This document shows, in pieces, positions 48,407-64,000 of a stretch of DNA of 64,000 nucleotides. The DNA is taken from assembly GCF_009914755.1 (NCBI RefSeq), contig NC_060938.1, one strand, 5' to 3'. A program made the translations under genes and the position numbers. The notes below the pieces were generated by a model, which ran no database searches, was not told the origin of the DNA, and saw only the letters and a list, made by a program, of their open reading frames with translations. This DNA comes from the human T2T-CHM13v2.0 reference genome, Homo sapiens. The first letter of the stretch is position 1. The number at the start of each line of letters is the position of its first letter.

Positions 48407-48710
48407 TGTCCTTCCTATTCCACCTTTTAATAGTTGATTTAAAAGACTGACCTAGGGAAGGCAAGACAGGGGCTAGTCAGGACTTGCGTAATTTAAACCC
48501 AAGGTCCTGGGCTGGCTTCTCAGCCAGTGTCTACAGAGCCTTTTAGGCGGGCCCCTCTTATCTAAGCTGCTGGCTTCTCTGAGCTCCTTTGGTCCAGTTT
48601 GGTTTCCAAGGTATAAGAACCACAGCCCTTCAGAGGGTGTGTGTGCTTACTCACAACAAGATTGGGTCCTTGCCCGTTTCTCTTTGGATCATTAGAAGTA
48701 GATAAGGCCA

Positions 48711-49010
<300 letters not shown>

Positions 49011-49354
49011 TAAGGCCAAACCTAGCGTTTAAAACAGAAGTTTAGAGCTGAAAGAACTTTTACTCTTTTCCAGTTTATTTTACTGAGGGGGAAATGGGCC
49101 CAGAAAAGTTTTGTTACATGTCCAGAATCACAGCCAGGGGCAGAGCTGGGGTGAAAAACCAGATATCTTAATTCCCAAGCCCCTCTCTGAGGGAGTGTAA
49201 ACCTGAGTTAGAGATGAGAGAATCACAGAGTTGGTCTGGGGACATGCTGGTTGGACAAAAAGGCTTTCCAGTGGTTTGGGGGAGTTTTGCACCACATGTA
49301 CAACTAAGGTGGATCAACTGACATCTTGGCAGCCCATCCTTTGTTCACTTAGGC

Positions 49355-49570
49355 CAGGGCTTTCATCTGCAGCATCACTGATGTTGGATCAAGTGATTCT
49401 TTGTTGTATGGGGTTGTCCTGTGTGTTGTGGGATGTTTAGTTGACATGCCTTGCTCTATCCATTAGATACCAGTAGCACCTTACCCCCAAGGTGTGACAA
49501 CCAAATATGCCTCTAGACATTGCCAAATGGGGGAGGTGGCACAAAATTGGTCCCAGTTAGAAAACCACTG
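49355..49570 (-). mobile_element. MER20
   Basis: ttctttgttgt...gggatgtttag...gtgtgacaaccaaatatgcctctagacattgccaaatg...aaccactg. Confidence 0.8.
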
Positions 49571-50015
49571 GTTCAGGCAACTAGTATTTTGGGGAAGAGA
49601 GTCCCTCTGGGGCACCTACACTGTTTTTTTTTTTTTTTTTTTTTTTTGCGGGGGGAAGTGTGCATTAGTCTCAGATTATAAAGGTAGCATGGGTACCAGC
49701 CTTCCTGGGAGTTTATTTACAGTTTAGTTTATAGTTTAGTGGGGGAGGGAGGAACCACGAAACTATTAACTATAGACTCCCGGGAAAGCTCCCACCTTAA
49801 TGCCTCCTCCAGGATGTGTAGAGACCCAGGCTGGACTCTGAAGAATGGGGTCAAAGCCCAGGGTGCTTAATGAGGAAGAGATTTTGCTGTCCTGGGCTGG
49901 ATTGCATAGCTAAGAACTGAGTAACTATCATTCACTTACTCCTTAAGAGAATTCTTCCATTCTGAAAAAAATTTATATATATATACACACACACATATAA
50001 TATATAATATATATA

Positions 50016-50302
50016 TTTGGAGACAAGATCTTACTCTGTTGCCCAGGTTGGAGTGCAGTAGCACAATCATAGCTTACTGTAACCTCGAACTCCTTGGCTC
50101 AAGTGATTTCTCCTGTCTCAGTCTCCCGAGTAGCCAGGACTACAGGTGCACACCACCACACCTGGCTGATTTTCTTTTTATTTTTTGTAGAGACAGGGTC
50201 TCACTCTGTTGCCCAGGTGGTTTCAAACTCCTCACCTTGAGTGATCCTTCTGCCTCAGCCTCCCAAAGCACTGGGATTACAGGCATGAGCCACTGCACCT
50301 GG
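50016..50302 (-). mobile_element. AluJ with (AT)n/(CA)n tail region
   Basis: Reverse Alu preceded by an atatat/cacac repeat. Confidence 0.9.
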
Positions 50303-50619
50303 TGTGAAAAATAAATTTTATCTGAATTTGTAGAGGGCAGTGAGACACATTAACCAACAAATATCTACACTTGAAGGGAGAGAGACCAGCTCAAGCCTGA
50401 CATTGGTAGACTAACTCCTTATTTTTTATTTCTAACTTGATTTTATTCTGATATGGGATGAATCCTCTGATAGCTTTTCCTGTCTCTTTTCCAGTGTGTT
50501 AAGTGATTATTGCTGTAAGACTGGAATTACAGTCTGTAACGTTCTGAGGACATAGATATAAAACATGGGTAAATGCCCTTTTTAGATGTGAGCCTAAGAA
50601 AGGGTTTTTATCCTTTTTC

Positions 50620-52920
<2,301 letters not shown>

Positions 52921-54037
52921 CCTCAAATCAGGTATTAACCTTGGATGTCTTTTCCTTCTGTGTTCACTTATTGAAACATGGATCATTTAGACAAATCTTA
53001 TGGTAATTCAGCCAGATTCACATCATGTCAGTTTGCCAAATATTTATCTGGCACCTGCTATGTCCAAAAGAATAGTATAGCCAGTATCTTGCTGAACGTG
53101 GTATAATCTGTAACTTTACCCATATTCTAATGCTGCACCTTCTAGCAGAAGATTCTGTGCATCCTGACATGCATGTGACACAAATACACTTTGAGTCTTC
53201 TTCCTGTACCTCCTGATCATGGTCCCATTAAACCTGGGCAAACAACTGAACTAACTAGTCAGAATTGGTGAGCAAACAGCAGGTGCTTGGCTGTCTGCCT
53301 ATTCATGAGTCAGGCCCAGACAGCCGTGTGTGGGGAGGGAAGAGAGCATTAAGTCTCTGTGTGTGGGTGAGCACCTCCATTTTACCTGGCCTTATTCTGT
53401 GCCAGATACTATATTCAATTTCAAAAATGTGTGACTCATTGACTCTGTAATTCCATGAAGTATAGGTCTGTTACCTCAATTTTATATGTGACAAACAGAG
53501 GCTCACAACAGTAAAGCAGCATACCTAGGCCCTGTGAGAAGCTAGAGGTAGAGTCAGGATTTGAATTCCCTTTTGTGTGACTCCAGAGACTATGTACTAT
53601 TCACTAGACTACATTGATTGACCCTGTAATTTTCTCTGTCACTTCCCTCTTCTGGACTCCAGCTTATCTTCCTGTTTTATCTTTGACACGTTGGCTGTAT
53701 ATCTCCCATGACTTTTCACTTTGTACCTCATGTTGTAATTATTTGTGTTTGTGTCTTATATATATACACAATATACAGTAGACCGTAAACTCTTAAGGGC
53801 GTATGCTTCCTTTACCTCTCAAGGAATCTCGTACATGTAGGTGCCCAATGTATGTGTTGAATAGTCACTGAGTTCCTTAAGAAAGAAGCATGTTAGGAAT
53901 GAGTTCATAAGCCCTGTCTGGAGGGAAATATCAAATTCTCTCATTAATTTATGATGTTTCTTCTTCATCTTCTCTGTGTTTATCATAATCCCTTTTAACA
54001 TATTCCAGAATGTTGCCTGAATTAATTAATTAATTAT

Positions 54038-54322
54038 GGCTGGGCACGGTGGCTCACACCTGTAATCCCAGCACTTTGGTAGGCTGAGGCTGGTGGATCA
54101 CGAGGTCAAGAGATCGAGACCATCCTGGCCAACATGGTGAAACCCTGTCTCTTCTAGAAATAGAAAAATTAGCTGGGCTTGGGGGCGTGTGCCTGTAGTC
54201 CCAGCTACTCGGGAGGCTGAGGCAGGAGAATCGCTTGAAGCAGGAAGTTGCAGTGAGCCAAGATTATGCCACTGCACTCCAGCCTTGCGACAGAGTGAGA
54301 CTCCGTCTCAAAAAAAAAAAAA
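54038..54322 (+). mobile_element. AluSc-like
   Basis: gatcacgaggtcaagagatcgagaccatcctggccaac; TSD aattaattat. Confidence 0.9.
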
Positions 54323-55274
54323 ATTAATTATTTCTCAGGACGTGTCCTCATCTGATTTGCCTGGATTTTATAAAGTTATTCATTTGGTGCCTTTGTCTGA
54401 ACTTTGCCTAATTTGGATTACTTTTGGAATCTCTATTTGGACGTTTGAAGGACTCTCCTTTATGTTAATTAGTTTAAGCAAACTCCTTGATTCCTGATTT
54501 AGGGCCCCACATGCAGGGAACTGGAAGTATGACTGGAGCTAGAACTAGAACATATAGACCTTGGCAGAGGGACTTTGTACAATTAGAAGGTGAGGTAAGG
54601 GTATAGGTGGCGGCAGGGGCATGGGGCTAATCAAAGGGAAGGAACAGTGGGCAAGTTCCTACTTCTCATTTTTGCTTGTACCTCACAGTCCCACCTTGAC
54701 AGCTTACAGGAAGCTTGGGTAATTTATGATGAAGAGGACAGGAGGAATCATGGTTTGGTTATAAATTAGGAGGCTTCCTGGAAGTTACACAAGATGGAGA
54801 ATATTTGGAGCCAGAAGACAGGATCTTGTTTGGCTTGAGTGTGCACCTCATTGGGGCTGTTAAGCTTCATTAGATGGAGGTGAAGACATGTCCCTGGAAT
54901 CCTAAACCTGAAACTCAGGGGAAAATACTCAGGTTAGTTTCTGACTAGAAAGGAGGGAAATGGCAGAAACTGGGACCATATGTATGGAGAACCTTAAGGC
55001 CTCAGATGTATTAGGGAAGGTCACCTCTTTGGCCCTGCCACTAGGCTATTTTTTTTCCATTCATGAATCCTATAGAAGAGGTAACAATTTCAGGGGAGGG
55101 GATGATGGGGTAGAGAGACTTTGTTGTTGTTGAACACTAAGGAAGCAGGAAACTTTAAGCTGTATCCCCAACTTTTACCTAGCTTTTGCTAAACACAGAG
55201 TGTGGAAGTGTTAGTTCAGAGAGACTTTCCATGGAAGAGGTGGAGGGTGTCTCTGAGCTATCTGGACCATTTAG

Positions 55275-55736
<462 letters not shown>

Positions 55737-55739
55737 TAA

Positions 55740-56780
<1,041 letters not shown>

Positions 56781-57373
56781 GAAAATGTTTGTTTATTTCA
56801 TCCAAATTTAATTACAATTAAGTACCTTGGCCTTGGTGAAGCTGAATGCTCCTGGTTACACTAACTTTTGGGAAGGTCATTTGATTTTTGGCCACACTGA
56901 AATTATATCAGGAAGACTCTTTTGAAAGATAAATACTTTGTTGGAAGGATTAGTCATTATTAGAAAGGGGTGGATTGGTCACTCTGCTATCTTTTAGGGC
57001 TCTCTAAGGAACTGCTGAGAAGTTTGTTTATACAGTTAGAGGTGAGGTGGGTGAAGTCAAATTGTGCTGGCTGGTGGAGTGGGGGTGGGGTTGTCCATGG
57101 TGCTCATGGGAGTACAGATAGTGTGTTGGTGAACTTGCCACAATGCTACGGATTTAATGCAAGAAATAGGCAAAGCTTTTCTGCTGGGGGAAGTAATATG
57201 CCCCATTTCACTCACTAATGGATGTCCTAATTGTATGCTAGTATTTCTAACATAAAGGCTGAGGATGTGTATTTAACCGTTTTGCCAAGTTTATCTCCCT
57301 TTTCTTGCTGTCCAACCCCCTGGAAAAAAAAAAAAGGAAAAAAGGAGAAGGTGACTTAAAGAATCAGGATTTG

Positions 57374-57701
<328 letters not shown>

Positions 57702-57774
57702 TCAAGTAGAGATCGTCTGGTCCAGCCCTGCATTTTCAGATGATGATGACAATAATAATGATAGATGGTGATGA

Positions 57775-57950
57775 ATATAATAGTAACTACTATTTTTGAT
57801 GACTTACTAAGTCACAGGCACTATGCTATGTACTTTATATATATTTCCCCATATAATACTTAAAATATCCCTGTGAGATAGGCATTATTAAGTACCATTT
57901 TATAGAAAGGAAATAGAGGTCCGGAAAGCTTGGATAACTACATTGAGGTA
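57775..57950 (-). mobile_element. MIR
   Basis: acttacta...aggcactatgcta...ccctgtgagataggcattatta...ccattttatagaaaggaaatagagg. Confidence 0.75.
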
Positions 57951-60058
57951 AAGAGAATGCTGAAGTAGCTATCACGCAGAGAGATGAAGCAGCCTCCTTG
58001 TTCAAGGTCAAGTTTTCCAGTTAAAGGAGAAACACAAGTAGAATCCAAGTCTCTTGACCTTGAGCTCAGTTGAGCACCTATTTTTTGTTTTGACCTGAGA
58101 ACTCACTTTCTCTGGTCATTTTTGTCTTATTTCTCACTATCCTTTTAATTTCAGTAAAATTGAATGAAATAGAGGGAAGGATGGTTTAGAGTTGGGGTTT
58201 TTGGTGAGTTTTTAAAGTTTATTTTTAAATAGGCAGCTTTCCCAGACTGACTGGGAATGTAGCAGAAGGCCTGAGAACCAGGAAGTGACACAGACCTGTT
58301 TATACCATCCCACTCCCAGGCCTTTGGAAAACGATCCACAGAGATGGTAAAAAGTAAACATAACTGCATCAGCCAGCTCTCTAGGGTTTGCTATTTTTGA
58401 CCTGGAGGAGGTGTTTCCTGCATAGCTGTAAGTACTCGGAATACCAAAATTTAGCTCCTAAACATTCTTTGAGTGAAGGTATATAGACAGACAGACATTT
58501 TTTGTTACCAGACAGCAGCATTCAGTGACTGTAGGCAGACAAAATTAAGTTTTTTTTCCCTCCTCTCTCTGCCATCCTTTTGGTGAGTTGTTCTTCCATT
58601 TCTTTATCTTTCTTTGTAAGTAGCACTGTGCATGCAAAACACTGTCCTGGGAGCTCTAAATTTGTGCATGGGTTCAAGGTCCAACTCAAAGCTTTCTCTT
58701 TCACTTCTCCCTACTCCCATCAGAAGTCTTTGTTCCTGTGTCCTCTGTGTTCTCATAGCACTTTTTAAAAAACCTTCTTTGGGGCCCTAGTAACAATTTG
58801 ACAGTGTTATATAGATAAACATAATTCCTCTCACGTAAGTTGTGAATTCCTTGAGAGTAAGAATTGAACTGTGCCCCAATTCATCTCTATGATCACCCAA
58901 GCCTTGCATAGAAGACAGCCAGTAAATATTAGCTGAATTGCAGTATAGTCATTGGAGACACAGAGCCCTAAGAAGTCAGCTTTAGCAAATCGGCTTCCCG
59001 GACTTTATTTGCCAACTGGGTATTGAAGCCTGTTCCACTCAGCCCTGATGGGAACCAAGCAGAGAGATGTGATGACACATGAGATATATCTCTAGGGTCT
59101 AGGAACCAATTACAGTCGCCTCTGCCAAGCATCTGTTTTGCTACCTGGCCAAAATTTCAGGATTTATATAATCTTTTCCCTCTTGTTTTATACATGCTGT
59201 TATTTTGCCATTTTGTATTTTTCTATACAAATTATATCTTGTGAGTTTATCTTTTTTTCTCATTCACTCGAGAAGTATTGTTGAGCACTTGGGGGCAGAG
59301 AATTGGTGGTCTCTGCAGGAGTTTATTACCTGCGGAAATGCAGCATACAAAAGTTAAATAACTGTGAGTGGCCTTCGGGGAGGGATATGATTGACTGTCC
59401 TATTCCTGGTCCAGGCAGGGATGCTGAGGGTTTGGAAGAGCCTTCCATGCCTTTGGGCTGAACTGAGAAATTCTCCCCAAACTAAGATGGGAACTAAGCT
59501 TGACCTTTTATTTGGAAAACAAAAGAGCAGGGAGCCCTATTAGGGAAGCAGGAGGAGGAAAGACTTCCAGGCCTCTTGAATTCCATTTATCTGTAAAATG
59601 GGGCTAATTCCACCTATTTAATGAGGTAATGAGTGTGTGTATGTGTATATTCCCTTAGTCTGCCAGAAACTAATATTATTTTAGGATAGTCACAAACAAT
59701 AGCTGTTTAATTTGGAGGGGAGGTAGTGCTAAGTGCTTTAAAAAATTTTTAGAATTTGATGGGAAAGAATGTGGGAGGCTCACTTGTTTAACCTGTTGGC
59801 TGTTCTCTTGTCTAAACTAACATTGTGTTTTGAGCCTAGTCTCAGGCAGTGTTTCCAAACCAGCTGAAACAGTGCCCTTTGGGGAGTCTAGTGGGGGTCA
59901 GTCACGGCCTGTTAGAACAGGAAGGGGCTTAGCCAGCATGAATTTGAGCACCCACTGTTTCATACATCGTCCTACATGTCTCACGTTTGTCTTAATTTCA
60001 CTGCACAGCAACCCAATGAGGTGGGTATCATTTATCCAGTTTACAGACGGCGACTGTA

Positions 60059-60093
60059 CCTAGACCACCCAATTGCCCTAGACCACCCAATTG
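60059..60093. repeat. Tandem duplication, 18-bp period
   Basis: cctagaccacccaattg-c-cctagaccacccaattg. Confidence 0.95.
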
Positions 60094-60422
60094 ATAGTAT
60101 CTGCCATAATTTTTCCATGATACTGGCCTCCCTGAGAGATACATAGTTCAAGTGTTCTGTTTTACTGATGAGAAAACAGGCATGGAAGCAAAGTGCTTGT
60201 CCAAGGTTGGCCCCTCAGTCATGTTGAAGCTGGGTTTGGAGAAGGGGTTTCCTACCTTCAGGTCAGGAACTTACGACAGGCTTTGTTCCTGCTCACAGGC
60301 ACTTTGCCTCCTCCCCCCTCTTTTTCTGTCTGGTCTTATTTGTTCTCTCTTGCCTTCTCTCTTGCATCTTTTCTCCCTTTCTCCCTGGGCCCCTGTATCT
60401 CTGCAGTGTGCAGAGGCTGGGT

Positions 60423-60446
60423 TTTGTTGTTGTTGTTGTTGTTGTT
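60423..60446. repeat. (TTG)n microsatellite
   Basis: Read directly from sequence. Confidence 0.9.
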
Positions 60447-61878
60447 AAGATGTGTTATTTTTTGAAAGCATTTTAGGAACACTGTGTACGGATAGTCCAT
60501 ACAAATGTGCTGATGGATTGATTAAACCCTAAAGGGAAAGTGGACTGTCCTGGGTTTGCTGCAATGCAGAGGGATATGGATGGTAGGGATCCGTCTTGGG
60601 AAGATGTAGGGGAATGTGCTGCTCAGTCAGAACAATGAGGATAGAGTTAATGTTGCTTCCTTCCAGTCAGAGCCTGTGTTGACTTACTTTTTAGAGGAAA
60701 TACTTTTGGGCCCCTCCTATTCCCTAGAAGACATTCCAGTTTTCTTACAGCTGAAAGGTCCTTTGGGGATCATCCAGGTTCACCCCTGAGACAGAAAGAC
60801 TCACTGACTTGCCTGAGGCCAAACCGCTTTTCAGTGGCTAGGACCTAGGCTGTCCCTCCTGTCCTGTGATCAGGTCCCTGCTGCAGTCATCCTGCTGTTA
60901 GGTGCTAGAGACTTGTTAAAGAGAAGACTTAGGTGGGGTGGTAGTGTGTCTGCTGGCTTTCCTGTTGTCTGAAGTTGGGGAAAGCGTGTTGCCCAGATGA
61001 TGTGAGCAATTCTGGGGGTGGAAGACAAGGGCGCAGGGAATATCAAAGCAATTCAAAAAAACCTCTGACACTGTGTAATGGCTTAGGTGGCTTAAGAGGA
61101 AAGCTGAGGGTAATGTTTGTGATTTGGAGGCTGTGTGATTTTAACAGGAGTTTGATGTTTGCCTTTTCAAGTAGGAGCTGGAGATTAAAGGAAATGGATA
61201 AGTTAATATTCTGGCCTGAAAGGATGTCAGAGTCCGGTAAAATATGTGGCTGTCGAAGCACTCAAGTGTTAGTGGCAAAAAGGAAAGGGGAAGATATAGA
61301 AGTTAGTAGGACTGGAAGAATCCATTGATCCACAATGGGAGAAGATAGAAGGCATCTATAAATAACTGAATTTTGGGGGGTAGGAGGCATTAAGGTCCAA
61401 TAAGTGTTTAGATATGTTTTGATACTGTAGCCTGGCCATTTCAGGGTGAGTAGGAGTACAGAGGGGAGATGTTGCAGGGAAGAAAGAGAGGTTAAGGAAG
61501 GGCCTGGGCAGCTTTGGCTGTATTAGTCATTTCTCTTACTTATCACACCCCTCTGGGGAACTTTGGACTTCAAAGTGTTAGGACTTGTTATCATTACAAC
61601 CTGAAATGTAATTAGCGGGTTAATTTCTGTTCATGTTTCTGGAACTGTTCTTTGTCCTTTCTCATCATGTGGCAGGATCAAGGTTGGTGAACATAGTTAA
61701 TTAAAGGAATAAACTCTGTTGTTCTGGACTCTCACCACTACTACCATTATCCTCTGTCTAGATTAGTCTGAGGCAAGAAAAGGATTTATGTTGGTTTTAT
61801 CATCCCAGTTCCCTCTCTTAACTAATGGACAGAGGAGCCATGGTTTAGGAAAAAATTTGTTCTAAAAATTACATGTAG

Positions 61879-62160
61879 AGGTCGAGACAGGCAGATCACT
61901 TGAGGTCAGGAGTTAGAGACCAGCTTGATTGACATGGCAAAACCCTGTCTCTACTAAAAATACAAAAATTAGCCAGTCATGGTGGCGTGCGCCTGTAGTC
62001 CCAGCTACTCAGGAGGCTGAGGCACGAGAATCACTTGAAGCCAGGAGGCAAAGGCTGCCGTGACCCAAGATTGTGCCACTCCCACTGCACTCCAGCCTGG
62101 GCAACAGAGTGAGACTCTGTCTCGGAAAAAATAAATAAATAAATAAATAAAAATAAAAAT
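61879..62160 (+). mobile_element. 5'-truncated AluS
   Basis: Starts within the left arm; TSD taaaaattacatgta. Confidence 0.9.
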
Positions 62161-62629
62161 TACATGTAAACGGAGTCTGACTTTACCCACGCAGCACCTG
62201 GGAGCCACGCTTGACTGAATCAGACCCCTCTTGCCTTTAGGAGAAGTGTTTGATAGTGTTTGATAGTGTGAGATGACCTTGCACCTTCAGCAGGACTATG
62301 GCATTCTCAGCAGGGGTGGGCCCCAGGCACGTGGACTGAGGAGATCTGGGCCCTGGCTGTTTCCTGGCTGGCCCTAGCTGCTGCTGCTGTTGCCTCCCAA
62401 GGCCAGAGCCATTTTTGAAGGTGACTCCAGGGCACCTTTAAACTTATTAGCAGGCTCTTGGGTTAACTTGGAAGCATCTGTGGCAACAACAAGCAAGTAA
62501 ACCATGTGAACTTTGGGCTTGTGTTGCAGGCCCTTACCAGAAGCCCACCGTGCGTGTCATCATTTCTCAGCCCTCTGCTGTCTTGGCTTCTGGCTAAGAC
62601 AATAAACATAAGCCCCAGGTGTTTCTAGT

Positions 62630-62775
62630 TTACAAAGCATTTCCTCATATTTTGTTCCTTTTGAGCCTCAACAGAGTCTACGGAGATAGTCAAAGCAAGT
62701 AACAGCCCCATTTTACAAATGAGGAAACAGGGGCAGAGATGAAGTAAGTGACTTCCTCAAGGTCAGAGCTGTGGC
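62630..62775 (-). mobile_element. MIR
   Basis: ccccattttacaaatgaggaaacaggggcagagatgaagtaagtgacttcctcaaggtca. Confidence 0.8.
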
Positions 62776-64000
62776 TTGAGGGCAGTTTTCTTCCTCATTG
62801 GAGGAACTTACGGACAGGAAGTGAGTGTCCACGACATCACATTCAGTAGGGCAGTCACCCAGCTGTTGATATTCTAGGTTTACAGAGGTGGGAGAGGCTG
62901 CCCTTTTGGGGCTGACGGTCGAGCTGAGGCCTCCTGCTACCACCAGGTGTTGGGGCAGCAGCACTAGTTCCCAAGAAATAAAATCAGAACGGTGACTCTC
63001 CTTACCTGTGTTTTGAAGAGGAAAGCCGGCTATTGGGGTAAGAGATGGATTACAGCAAGAGAAGGGTAGAAGCGGTGAAGAATTCTGTGGCCTTAGAGCC
63101 TTTTTCAGATGTGGAAACAGAAGGCAGAGAGCCTTCATGACCAGCTCCCTGGCTGGTGGCGGAGGTGGGACTGAGTCATTGAGGCCCTCTCCTCTGTCTC
63201 AGCTCTAAGTTCAGATGTGATATTCCTTGTGAGGATGGCCGAGTGCTAGTTTTGAACTTGATGCTTAGTTCTAGGTTCCTCTTCAGTGATAATTTTTTTT
63301 AATTAGGAGGAGTAGTCACTAACATGCCAAAGGAATACTGAAGTGAAATGGATTCTTTTTGTTTAAACAAAGTTTTAGCCTCAGTATTTCTCTAGGGATA
63401 ATGAATACCTAGTGAAACTTTTTTTTTTTTTTTTTTTTTTTTTGCTTGGTGTACTAAAGCCACAATCCAAGGACAAGTCTTGTTTTTTTAAATTCTATAT
63501 TCAAGGCAGATTATTTCTTAAAATGATTAGATTTATACTGTGGCCCTTTCTCCACAGTAGCTGGGTTCTCCCATTCTGGGCAATACTTTGGAGATTTAGG
63601 GGTTAGCTTTCCTCTGTTTTATTTCTGAAGCAGTAACCCTTGGCCTAGCCTTACATATAAACACCCCACTGACTACCTTCTATTTATCTTTTCTTTGCAA
63701 AGCCCTCATTTCCATCACCCCGTCTGTTCTGCACCTGTCCCGTCTTAGGCTTCAGGATGGAATTGGTTCCTCGACTCAGGTAGCTGCTTAAGCAGTAAGG
63801 GAGGAGCCAGCTATTCCTGCAAAGCAAAACCAAAAACAAACAAAAAACCTAAAACTGATCAGGAACTCATACATGTACATCTTGTCTGCTCCATTTCCAT
63901 ACCGGCTCCTCCCCACAGTATTCATGATTTTGGCAGACCTTTGCTACCTGCCTGTCAGATGCCAGGCCTTGTGCTGGCTATTGAAGATTCCGAGTTGAGT

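Noticed and set aside
62245-62268. agtgtttgat x2
   Set aside because: A 10-bp slippage duplication; too short to be informative.

Overview
Human/primate genomic DNA, dense in Alu, MIR, L1, L2 and DNA-transposon fossils. The only gene feature I can support is a CpG-island promoter (~21.0-22.0 kb) with an ATG-less first exon on the + strand (~21270-21502, donor GG|GTGAGT). A long intron 1 follows and runs past the end of the window. From memory, the exon matches the 5' UTR of SUSD6 (KIAA0247/DRAGO); this was not database-checked. I found no protein-coding exon, and the supplied ORFs are Alu-derived, GC-rich or chance frames. I found no convincing new biological system. The best observations are mutational scars readable in the sequence: a 16-nt insertion in an Alu copied from 1.55 kb away; a TSD-less Alu right arm copied from a neighbouring Alu, next to a perfect 21-bp hairpin; a fold-back micro-inversion in an AluY; an apparent L1-retrotransposed MER41 LTR R-region RNA; and an inverted hAT transposase fragment. 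I also list candidate p53, STAT and NF-kB sites and a candidate cassette exon in intron 1. Repeat family names come from remembered consensus sequences, and boundaries are approximate.
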